In this document: positions 24,881 to 36,310 of the stretch, in pieces
How the letters are laid out: every line of letters begins with the position of its first letter
How positions within the stretch are numbered: position 1 is the stretch's first letter
NCBI GenBank assembly: GCA_013265495.1
Contig: MU058198.1
Coordinates: 6,525,779-6,589,778, forward strand
Length of the DNA stretch: 64,000 nt
Direction of reading: 5' to 3'
Source: Vicugna vicugna
Lineage: Eukaryota
Notes under the pieces: generated by a model
Databases searched by the model: none
What the model was told of the DNA's origin: nothing
The model's input: only the letters and a program-made list of their open reading frames with translations
Translations under genes and position numbers: made by a program

Positions 24881-25579
24881 AAAACCCCAGTTAAAGATTC
24901 AAGGAAGGCTGCTGCAGAAAGTGACCTTGAATGGCACTTGATAACCATGGCTGGGAGCATTACAAGGCCTGATTTGCCCTCTGCCCCTCTCTAGATCTCA
25001 GTTTCTTCATCTGTAGAAAGAGGACTTGCTCTCTAAATTCTAATGTTCTGGGACTCAGTTGTTAGACAAGGAAGATATTCCCTTTCCTCTTCCTCCCTCT
25101 CTAGTCTCCCTGTTACCTGCCCAATAACTCAGACCCCTCCATTAGTTTGTTTTGGGCAATAAGGCCTTACTAGGAGAGGATTAGAACAGAGTTAGGATGA
25201 AATTTGAAACTTGTGTTGGCAGGACTGGGAGGAGAGAGGAGCGGGGACAGACATAGAGGAGTTATCTTGGAGAAAAGTTGTTTGGAGTCCAAAGAAGAGG
25301 GGAAAGATCTAGGCAGAGGAAACCAAGTGTATGAAGACACAGAGGTATGAGACGCAGATGTTCTAGGAACGCTGGCTGACGTCAAGGCTGAATGGAGGAG
25401 AGGGGCCTCAGTAGGGGAAAGGTAGGAGGCCCCAAAGGCTAAGGGCTTTGAACACTCGAATAAGATTAGATTTTTATCCTGGAGGTAACAGAGAGTCATT
25501 GGCAATTTTATGCAGGGGAGCAATCCAACTCACCTTGTATTTTACAGAGCTGATGGTCACATAAGACTTGGATTCTTTT

Positions 25580-26077
25580 TTTTTTTTTTTACATTGACAT
25601 ATAGTCAGTTTACATTGTGTCAATTTCTGGTGTACAGCATAAAGTTTCAGTCATACATATGCATACATATATTCATTTTCATGTTCCTTTTCATTATAGG
25701 TTACTACAAGATATTGAATATAGTTCCCTGTGCTATACAGTAGAAACTTATTGTTTATCTACTTTATATATAGTAGTTTGTATCTGCAAATCTCAAACTC
25801 ACAATTTATCCCTTCCCACTCTCTTCCTTGATGGTAACCATAAGTTTGCTTTCTATGTCTGTGAGTCTGTTTCTGTTTTGTAAATAAGTTAATGTGTGTC
25901 ATTTTTAAGATTCCACATATAAATGATATCATATGGTATTTTTCTTTCTCTTTCTGGCTTACTTCACTTAGAATGACGATCTCCAAGTCCAGCTATGTTG
26001 CTGCAAATGGCATTATTTTATTCTTTTTCGTGTCCTAGTAGTATTCCATTACATATGTATACCACAACTTCTTTAAG
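25580..26077 (-). mobile_element. 5'-truncated L1 3' end
   Basis: PolyT then L1 3'UTR/ORF2 end (minus-strand ORF reads ILSEVSQKEKEKYHMIS); TSD GACTTGGATTCTTTT beginning at 25565 and 26078. Confidence 0.9.
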
Positions 26078-27089
26078 GACTTGGATTCTTTTTTTTAAAG
26101 TTTAGATAGAGGCTGGAGGGAGACAAAGTAGGAAATAAGGCAGTATTCTCCCTGGAAGAGGTTGTAAACTGATGGCCCATGGGCCAGATTTGACCCCCAA
26201 AAATGTTTCAGTTGGTCCACTCAGTATTTCTGAATTTGGGAAACTAGTTTCAAACATTTAGAAGTTGGAAGATTTTATGCTAGAATATGGATTTTCTGCA
26301 TGAAGTCATCTGTCCACACAGGGCCCATCATGCTCCCGGTTGTTTCATCTCCATCATTCCCTATCACCTTACACCTGATCCCAGTCGCTTATAAGTACTT
26401 GAGTTTGCAATCCCTGGCCCTAAAACTTCTAGAAACAGTCGGGGGTGGGGGCTGGGAAGAGTATGCTGGGTGGACAAATAGGGAAAGGGGCAGGGTGTGT
26501 TAGGGGCTTTCTTCTCAGAGAAATAGTGTGAGGGAGGCTGCATGGATGCGGCTGAGCATCTCCACCCTCACCCACCCAACTTCCTTCCAGGTCACCAGTT
26601 TCCAGTTAACAGACAATGGTCCTTCATACCTGGGTAGTGCTTTTGCACATGCTGCTGCCTAGAATCCCCTTTCCTCCCTTCTATGTCGTGAGCATCGTGT
26701 TTCCCAGCTGCATCCCATGACTAGACACTGCCTGTTTATAACAGGGGTCAAAAACGCAACCTGGGCGGAACCCTCAAGGCCCCAGTTTAGAACGTCTTCC
26801 CTGAGTAGTCTGTTAGTTCAGATGGGTGCATAGATGAATGGATGGAAGGGTTTCTATCTGATTGCATAGCTAGATATTTCCCTCCTTGAAAAAGAGACAG
26901 GCTCCGCCCCGACAAGAAGACTGGGACAGTCTGGGGCAGTCTAGTCCCGCAGGGGCCAAGAAGCTGGACCAGGTGACCCTCTCAGACTCCCCCGAGTCCT
27001 CTCTAACCTCGTTCTCGCCCCCTTGTGGGCTCTGACCTAGAAAAGACGGGGTTGGGAGGAGAGAGAAGCAGTCCACGGGCACTAGGACC

Positions 27090-28340
27090 CAGAGCGGGAG
27101 GAAGGCGGGGTGGGGGCGCCGCGCGGGGAGAATCTGCGCCCAGCGGCGCGCGGCAGGAGGGCGCGGCGGGAGGGCGAGCGCGCGCCGAGATTAGTGCGCG
27201 TGCGCGAGAGCGCGCGCCAAGCGGGGCGGACAAAGGGGCGGGCGGCGGCGCGCGAGCCGGAGGGCGGAGCCACGAGCCAGGCGGGCAGGTGCGCGCAGGC
27301 CGGAGGGCGGAGCCGCGATGCCGCGATGGAGCGCAGCCCCGGCGGGCGCCGGGGCCGGGGCCCGAGCACCAGGCAGAACGCGAGCCGGAGCCGCAGCCAG
27401 AGCCCGGGCCAGGCCGGGGTCCGGGACCGCAGGGCCGGGCTGCTCGTAGCGGCGGCGACGGAGGCCCCCAGCGGCTGAGGGGCTTCCTCCTAGCTCCTGC
27501 CGGTGGCCGGAACTCAGCAAGCCCCCGCAGCCGGGGAGCGCGGGGGTCCCCCCACCACATCCAGGACCCAGAGACACCCAGGAAAGCGGGGTGCCTCTCC
27601 AGATCCAACACAGAGCGACTCCCCAGCTGGGGAAAGCGGAGACTACCTCCGTATTCAGAAGACAGCAACCTCCCTGCGGTACTGAGAAGACTCCCCCTCT
27701 TCAGTCTGGGCCCCCACAAGACCTAGAAGGCAGTGACCCCCCTATCTGGGATTGTGGGGACCCCTTCTCAAGATCCTGCTCACTACAACTCCACACCTCA
27801 AGACACGAAGACCCAGCTCAGAACGTCCCTAGATCAGGGGTCTTAGACCCCCCCAAATTACGGTACACTGAAACCCCAAATCTAGGGACCCGTGGACAGC
27901 AAGAGCTATCCGTCACCAGCAAGAGGCCTCGGGGAGCACCACCCCCCCGCCCCCGCCAAAGCTGCGGGACCGGGCCGACTGAGCCCCTCGCAGCTCCCTT
28001 CTCATCCCAGCCCATGGTTGTGGCGCCCTGAGCCCTCCGGGCCGGGCTGAGGACGAAAACCGAGACGGCGCCCAGGCCCCCTGCCGCGGCGTCCCCGCGG
28101 CCCCAGCCCAGGTAAGCAGGGCCCAGGTGAGGGGCAGCAGGTGAGTGGCCGCCAAGGTCCCGCAGGTGGGGAAGGAAGTATAGGGTGCGCGCTGCCCCCT
28201 CCCCAGCGTCGCCATGGAGCCGAGGCTGAAGGACGTCTCTTTGTGTCTCGCTTGGAGGAGCCGCCCCCTCCTCCTCTCCCTTCCCCCACCCCACATTCTA
28301 GTCCTGGGGCTTGGACGCAGCTTTCTGGCCCCGCGGGGGA
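27090..28340. promoter_or_regulatory. CpG island / SBK1 proximal promoter with GC boxes
   Basis: Very high GC and CpG density compared with CpG-depleted flanks; several GGGCGG boxes around 27220-27310; no recognisable repeats. Confidence 0.9.
27300..28111 (+). other. SBK1: SBK1 non-coding first exon (5'UTR); 5' end approximate
   Basis: Lies inside the only promoter-like CpG island upstream of the coding exons and ends at a strong donor CAG|GTAAGC (GT at 28112). The first coding exon has only 7 nt of UTR, so an upstream exon is required. Confidence 0.75.
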
Positions 28341-31300
28341 GTGGTGGCACATCCCCTGGCGCCCCGGAGAAGGGAGAAGAGGGTGGAGAGTTCACCCCCC
28401 CAAAATTGTGAGCCTGTAGCTGTTAGATCCTCAGTCCTTGGAGGATATGTACCCCTCCCCCCCCAGGCCAGGCTGAGTTTTCAAGTGAAGTCCTCCCCCA
28501 CCCCACGGGAAGAGAAGATTTGGGGTGTCCACAGGTGAGGGGGCCTGCAGTGTGTAGCCCTAGGGTGATGGCTGGGGCTTTGGGTGTGTGTCTTTGTCTG
28601 CAAGAGACAGGGAAAGGGTGTGTTTGAGAGAATGGGTGGGATTCCCTTATTTTCTCTGTGATCGCTCTGCCCTGCACCCGGGCTACAGGGGAGGGTCTTC
28701 ACCCAGGCTGTACTTATTGCTCCCTGCAGGACAGGGAGGGGGCAAGCCCTTTCCAAAGTGAGGTGCTGGCTTCTAGGGAGGGGTGGTAGTCTGGATGAAG
28801 AAGCCATTTCAGGTCAGGGCACCTTTCTGTCCCCATGTGCCCCAAGGGGCAGCAAACTCTAGGCCTTCCCTCCTCCAAAACACCCAGGGCCAAACCTCAG
28901 GTGGGGTCAGTGTGTCCTGGACAACCAAGGGACCTTTCTAGGTTCTTGCTTTAGCTTTCCAGGCAGTATACAAAGCAGTACCCTAGACTGGCCCTCAGTG
29001 AGGTCCTGACCCCCAAGTCCTGCATCTCATGGGAAGATGAGAGGCCCAGGGGATGTTTTATTCTGAAATTCTGGATCAGAGATTCTGACAAGGGACTGGA
29101 CTATGCCAAGGGAACGCACTCTGGCCTGCTGTGGTTTCTGCCAGGGTATTTTCCCTGAGCCCTCTGCAGGCAAGCAGTGATGCTGAGGAGGGTAGGACTC
29201 TGGGTACAGGTGCCCCAGCAGGAGTTCCTTTGTTCACTTACTCATTCAACAAACCTTTAGCTAATGTCTGTGATGTACCTGGCGTTGGAATCAAGGTCCT
29301 TTTTCCCACTTCATCCAGGTCTCCTTTCCTGCTCTTTCCTGTTCATCAGACCTCTGGGCTGTTCTCATTTACCTAGGCCATGCTTGGTCGGACCAGTTGA
29401 AGTGGGCCTGGTCAGGCCCAACTGAGCATTTCTGACCCCACACCTGAAGCACCTGATTCTCATCCTGCTGCAGACTTGAGGGCCCCTGAGCCTGGGTGGC
29501 CAATTCTTCTCCCCACTTCCCAATACCAAGTGCCTCTACCCCTACCTGCTGTGGGCATTGACCCACGGGGAAGGATGTGACTAGCAGGAGAAGAGGTTGG
29601 GGTGCTCCAGACCAGAACCCTGACAGCCCCGCCTGCAAATTCAAAGATAATTGAGGCAGTCCCCCTTAGCACAGGCTGTGGGGGAGCCAGCAACCCTGAA
29701 GACTGGGTGACCTTGGGCAAGCATGTGGCATCTTCCGGAGATAATGACAAGTGAGCCACTCACTCTGCAGCCGGCAAGGCAGATGTGGATCGCACTTGGG
29801 CCACAGAACCATCCAGGTGGGTCCTTTTCATCTCTAACGGGGTTCATTTCCCCCAGTGGGTTCCCAGGAGCCCTGGGCCTTTTCAGACAACCCACTGGCA
29901 AGGGAGTGGAGTGAGGCTAAAGAGTGGAGATTTGAGTCACTGTGACTAGGGAAAAACATTCAAGAAGCCAGAGGGGGACAGGGAGTAAGTCTCCCCTCTT
30001 CGCTAACCTGTGAAGGCTCCCCGTCGGGTCTGGAATAAAGCAGGGTCAAAGCCCTTATTGGTCTTGCCCGAAACCAATTCCCAAGCGCCAGCTCCTGCTT
30101 CCTCACTCTCCATCCTCAACTTCTGGCTCATCTCCTCCGTGTCCCCCAACTCCTTCCCCCTGCCATGTGCTGTTCCTCACCGAACTGAAAAGCCCCGCTG
30201 TAGGATGGCTCAAGGGCAGCTCTCTGCTTCCACTTCCCCTTCTGATCTGACCTGGGCTGGCACAGAGTAGAGAGCGGAGTTGGACTGGTTGATGTGTTGG
30301 TGGCTTGGAGACAGGGACGTGTGTCTACACATGCTGTGAGAGTGTCTCCACATCCAGACCCCGAGCTCCGGGAGTCGGGACCAGGTCTGTCTCGTTCCCG
30401 CTGCATCAGTTTTGTCTAACCCAGAGCCAGCATATTGTACAGCACATATTGTAAAACACAGCTTCTAGACACATTTTGTTGATCCAAACAGTGTTTTTCT
30501 CATGTTTGTATTTGTTGCCAATGCTAAACAAACATGTAATTTAACAAACGAATGTTGTTTTTTGGATCCTCTTGAAAAATCAGACTCTGTGGCAAGCCCC
30601 GGCCAGAGCCAAAGAATGACGACCCTTAGATTGGCTGTCACCCTCCAGCTGGCCTCAGGCCCCACCTGGCCTTTTCACTCATTGGCATGGCCTCCTGGCC
30701 CCTCTTGTAGGCATCTGGTTTTGCAGGTCTAGGGTAGAGGCCAGAAAATGTTTGTGCAGAGGATGACCTTTGTCTGTGTGTTCTGCGCACATGGGTCTTC
30801 CCTGCCTCCCCCACGGCCAAGTTAGAATGTGCACAGAATATATCCCTGTGAGGTCTTTAGGGCTAAGTGGTAAAGTGAGCCCGAAGTCTTCCAGCCAGAA
30901 GCCTCTCCAGCCTGGGCCCACTTTCCACTCTGGACCCCATCGTGTGCCCCCTCCCCTGTACTGGAAGGAGTCAGCCAGCAGAAACCTGTTTTAACTGTCC
31001 CACTTGGCCAGGAGCAAAGCCCAAGATTCTCTGCCCAGGGCTTGCTGAGGACTGTTCTCTGGGCCTCAGTTTACCCATGTGTCACAGAGGAATTAGACTA
31101 GAGGTTCTCTTAGCTATAAGCTTCCTCCTTATTCTAACTTTCTGGGACTGAGTCCAAGATGCTCTAAGTTTTGATCAGGCAGGAGAGGTGGGGGCCTAGC
31201 TGCAGAAGTCAGTGAAGAATATTGACATGCCCTAAACATTAAGGAAACCAAGGGGTGATACCAAGTAGCCGAGCCAGGGATCAGGGGTCAGGAGTCAGCG

Positions 31301-31394
31301 CTGGGCTTCAGCGCTGGTCCCCAGCCCTTGGGCATGGCCGTCTTCCTGGATGAAGGTCTACAGCAGCCCGAGGTCAAAGGAGACAGCAGAGCAC

Positions 31395-31620
31395 CATAGA
31401 TGAGAGCACAGGCTCTGGACTCCATCTGGGTTTGAATCCCTTTTAGCTACTCTGTGACCTTGGGCAAGTTACTTAACCTCTCTGAGCCTCAGTTTACTTA
31501 TGTGAAAAACAAGGGTAATCCCTACCTTAGGATCAACGGGAATTAAATGAGCTAAAGCATAAGAAGGCCTAGGACAGGGTCTGGCTTGTAAAAAGTGCTC
31601 AGTAACCATTGGCTCCTATT
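31395..31620 (+). mobile_element. MIR SINE (representative; further copies at ~15525, 32260, 32870, 37155, 39275, 41205, 45500, 60940, 61520 and 61990)
   Basis: MIR core TGTGACCTTGGGCAAGTTACTTAACCTCTCTGAGCCTCAGTTT. Confidence 0.85.
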
Positions 31621-33479
31621 GAAAGGGGAGTTGGCAAGTGGGTAAGTAACCCTTGGTGGTAATGCTTTCTTGGTTTTTCTATATTCGGTCTGGGGAAGCC
31701 ATAGGGTCCCTGCTATGAGTGGGGTTCAAGCCTGAGGGGTGGGATCTATGGCAGCTGGAGTTGACACCCTCTTCCTGCCCAGAGCTGTTTTTTAGGTGAG
31801 GTGCCTGCCCCAGACAGATGGGCCTCGGGCCAGAGCCAGGACAAGCATTTCCAAAAGACTCCGTCTTCTGTCGACTACCCCCTCCCTCCACTTCTCCCTT
31901 GGTCCCCCTTCCAGGCCTCAGGAAGCTGTGGCCATTTGGCCATCAGGACTGGTGGGGCCCGTTAAAGCCCCCCTCCTCTTCTGTCTACCCTCCATCAACC
32001 CTCCCCTCTCCCCACCATGTAGATTGGCCAGTGTGGAGGGGACAGGCCCAGACTCCCAGTTCAGCCCCCATTCAGGGAGCCGTGTAGTATTTCACTTGGA
32101 GGGGAGCATTTTTCAGTGTCAAGTGCCCCATGCCAGCCACTGGACATCCTTTCTCATTTAGCACTGAGAAGAGCACCCACATTAATCCAGAGTGGGGGTT
32201 TGAGCCCAGCTCTGTGAGCCCCCAAAAGTTTGTGTGAAACTGGCATCAAACTGCCCCTTACCACGCACTAGGTGTGTGACCTTGGACAAGGCAGTGTCCT
32301 CTGTGCCTCAGTTTCTTCTGATGTAGAACAGGAATAATAATAGCTCCTTCTTCCTAGAGCTGTGGGGAAGATTAAACAATAAAGCACTTTTAGCAGTGCC
32401 TGCTACCTTAGCCTTTGCTCCTGCTACCTCTGCCACACGCTGTCGGGGTATGCAAATGAGGGGTCTAGGCCAGGGGAAGCCATCGGGACTCCCCATAGCA
32501 CCAGCTGTCCTTCCCTGTGGCTTTAGTCAGTCCTGGGAGAGGCAGAGAATGTTCCACCTGCCTCTGGGTGTTGGGATGACCCTGAGGGGCAGGGGTGGGG
32601 ACTGGACAGGACAGAGCCGCCTCTTCTTCTTCCTGATCAGGCCCTGTAGAGGCTGCACAGTTCTCCGCCCTATGGTAGCTCCTGGTCTGTTGGCCCCCCA
32701 CCATCGCAGGAAGGCTTCTGCTCTCTCGAACCGGGGCCCATGGTCCTGTGGGGAGATGGTGCCGTCCCAAGAGCTCGGGTGCCTGCCAGCCCTGATCTGA
32801 AGTACCTCCAGGAGGGGTAGCAGGGCCCATAGTTAACATGATTTAGTGGCAGAAAGCACAACCTCTAGACCCACTGTGTGACCTTGGGCGAGGTGCTTAG
32901 CCTCTGTGCCTCAGATTCATCAGCTCCAAAAAGGGAGATGATACTAGTACCTGTCCTGTAGGGTCATAGTGGGGGTGAAGTGAGTAGAGGTTTGTAAAGT
33001 GCTGTGAATGGGACCTGGGACCCTCTACAGTGTGCTGTTAATATCAGTCCTCAGAAGGGGAATATTAGCCCCACTTTTACTGGTTCAAAAAAAAAAATGG
33101 AGGCTCAGGGTCTTCACTCAAGCTTCCATATCTAGGATTCAGGGAAGATTCTGCCCACCCTTCCATCATTCACATGCAGTCCACAGGGCATGGCCAGCCA
33201 GAAGGACCTGGCGGACCCTCATCTGGGCTCTGGCCGAGTTCCTGGACTTACCATTCGGCCTCCCTGCCACACACCTCTTCTCACCTGGGGCCACGACAGG
33301 CGAGAGCTGCAGCACAGAAGAATCTTCGAAGGAAACCTCTGAGGCTCCCCGACTCCTTCCTCCCTCAGCCTCCTCCAAGGACAGTGGCGGGATGCTGCCA
33401 GGGGCTAGACTGGGGGTCTCTGAATGCAGCAGGGTAAGGTCCTTGCTGCCTCTTTGTCTCTCGGGATCTGCTTCAGGAA

Positions 33480-33965
33480 GGGTTTGCTCAGATCCGGAGT
33501 GCATCTCACTTAGTGAAAGGCAGGTCCTCTCTGTGGCTTCCAAGGCCCCTGCCCCCAACCCCTCACCTCTACCCTCCACTCTGGCCCCTTGGAACTTACC
33601 CACCACTCTGCAGTCATGCCTGCCTCCTCACTGTTCCCTGAATACACCAAGCTCAGGCCTCTTGTGCCTCTGCAGGGAAGGCTCTTCCATCACTAAATCC
33701 ACAGCCTCCACATGCTCGCAGCCTCCTCAGTGGAGCCTTTCCTGACCTCCATCTACAATTTCATTCCCAACCCCTGGCATCTCCTCGCCTCTCCCTGCTT
33801 TATTATTCCCTTTAGGACTTCTTACTGTCTGACATACATCTCTTACTTACTTTTATCATTGTCTCTAAACTAGAATATAAGCTCTTTGAGGGCAGGGCTG
33901 TTTGGTTCATGAATGTATTCCAGATCCAAGCACATAGTAGATGCTCAGCAAATATTTATTGAATG
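33480..33965 (+). mobile_element. L2 LINE 3' fragment
   Basis: CTAGAATATAAGCTCTTTGAGGGCAGG...GCACATAGTAGATGCTCAGCAAATATTTATTGAAT. Confidence 0.75.
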
Positions 33966-35704
33966 TGCTGGAGTGCTACTGGACACGTCACTTAATCGTC
34001 CCTTCTCTGAGTCTCAGCTTCCTGATCTGTGAGGGGTATAATGGGAATAGCAATAGCAGCTTCTCCTAAGGTGATTATGAGGTTTGAATGAGTCAAAATG
34101 TATAAAGTACTTATACTTTAAGTGGCTCATAAATGTCAGCTATTATTAATAACACTTTAATCGGTACCATTATTAACCCCATTTTACTGACGAGGACATA
34201 GAGGCACAGAGAGAGTAAGTGACTTAACAAAGCTTCTTGGCTAGAAATGGTGGTGACTGGTTCTACACAGGAGGGGCTGAATCTGGGCTCTAGGCTCCTA
34301 AGCTAGGCTGTATCCCCCATTCCATCCCTCTGTAAGGGCTCAGGGAAGAGGGGAGCGGGGAGGGTTGTAGCTAGGGTAGGGCTCGTCTCTTCAGGGAGCC
34401 TCTACTCACCCGGCTGTCTCTCCACTGACCGCTGCCTGTCCATTGGTAGACCCCCAGCCAAGGCCCCTGAGTGCTGGGCTGCCCGGCTCACCCGGACAAT
34501 AAGGCTTATGCCTCCTCTCACACCCACAGGGGCTACCACAGGGAGGCTGGGAGAGGGGAGACCCAAGACTCCCACCTCCCCACACGGCCTGGCTGAGGAG
34601 GCCGGAAAGAGGCTGGAGAGCCTGTTCCAGCTCTGGGCACCAGCTGCAGACCTGCAGAGTGCAGGACAGAAGCAAGGTCTCAGGCCCCTCTGTCCACCGA
34701 ATTCTTACTGAGCATCTGCTCTATGCCGAGCACTTTAGGAAGGGCCCCTTTAATTCTTACAGAAGCTCACCATGTTAAGCAGGCATTCTCACCCCATTTT
34801 ACTAACAGACAAACTGAGGCTTAGGCAGGTGTATAACCTGCCCAAAGTCATGCAGCAAGAAGGGATGGAGCCAGAATTTGTGCCAAAAGGGGAAGACGAG
34901 GAAGAGATTTGAGAAGATTCTCCTCCTCCTTTTGAGCCGGAATAGAACGCTTGGTGAACGCTGTATTTGTGCCAAAGGTCAAGGGGAGGGAGAGGACTTA
35001 CCTGGAGTCTCCTGTGAGCTCCCCAGGGCCCTGACCCCCTGATGTTGTATGTAGAGGTGTGCATGTGGTAGCTGGGGACTTTTTTTTTTAAGGGGAAAGG
35101 GTACTGAGACTTCGGGGACCCATAAAGAGATAAGAACCACTTGGATAGCTCACTTCATAGACTGGAAAACTACAGAGAAGGGCGGGGTGGTGGGCACTGG
35201 ACAGGGCTTTCTGGAGCCAGAGGGCCCAGCTCTGGATCCCCTACTCCCTGGCAGCAAATAGGAGAACCCACATGTGACCAGATTTCTGCCCTGGGGTAAA
35301 AAGTATGAGGGTCAGGGACACCCTTTGGGGAAGGTGTTAAGTGGCAGAGAACCAGACTGGGACACTGGCCTTGGGGACGTAGGAGGAAGGCCCCCCTCAG
35401 GGGTGGGTATCTCTGGGGCTCCCAGCTGCCCCCGCCTTCCTTAGCATGGGCTGGCTTGCTATGGGAATTCAGGTCAACCAAGCTGGGCCACCCTACCTCC
35501 TCAGGCTCCTCTCGGGGATACCCACCCTGGGATGCTGAGCCAGGGCGGGTGGGCACAACCTCCCCTCACACTGTCACTTGGTACCATCTGGACCCCCAAC
35601 CACACATGGCTCCTTATGCTCCCCAGACCCAACAGGATTGTATCTAGTGTAAAGTTTAATTCTCACCCTGCCTCTGTTTACTCAGTTCGCACTTCTCTCC
35701 CCAG

Positions 35705-36310
35705 GTATTCATTTGTTCATTCACTCATTCATTCATTCATTCACCAAATGTTTATTAACTGCCTACTCTGCCCCAAGCACTGTGTTAGCTGCTGGGGATA
35801 CAGCAGTGAACAAGACCAGCCCGACAAAGTCCCTGCTGTCCCGATGCTTAAGTTCTAGTGGAGAAGAGAGATGGTCACAATAGACATTACGTTAGAAAAT
35901 AATACACTCTACTGGAGAAGAAAATAAAGCAGGAAAAGGGGAGTGCAGAAGGAAAGCCCTAGTTGAGAAGGTGTCATTTGAGCAGAACTTGGAGGAAATG
36001 AGCCATGTGGATATCTGGGGGCAGAGGAAACAGCCCCCAGGCAGAGAGCTAGTGTGGTCAGGGAACAGCAGGGAGACCAGTGTGTCTGGAGCAGAGGGAG
36101 GGAGGAGACAGGTCAGAGGGGTAAATTGAGGGCCATTGTAAGGACTTTGGAATGAGATGGGAGCCAGTGGAGGGTGCTGAGCTGGAGGATAGTGTGATCT
36201 AATTGGGATAGGATGGGCTCCCTGGCTGCTGTGTCAAGAAGAGATTTTGGGGGCAGGGGAGCAGTTAGGAAGTTACTGCAGTAGCTGAATGCTGATGATG
36301 GCTCAAACCA
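35705..36310 (-). mobile_element. L2 LINE 3' fragment (smaller copies at ~45790-45960 and 46465-46740)
   Basis: (TTCA)n followed by CAAATGTTTATTAACTGCCTACTCTG... Confidence 0.75.

Noticed and set aside
27003..28419. Several 120-240 aa ORFs on both strands in the CpG island
   Set aside because: Stop-codon depletion from GC richness; Arg/Gly/Pro/Ala low-complexity products.
33008..33745. 245-aa ATG ORF in SBK1 intron 1
   Set aside because: Starts in MIR-derived and ends in L2-derived sequence; no recognisable domain or codon bias.
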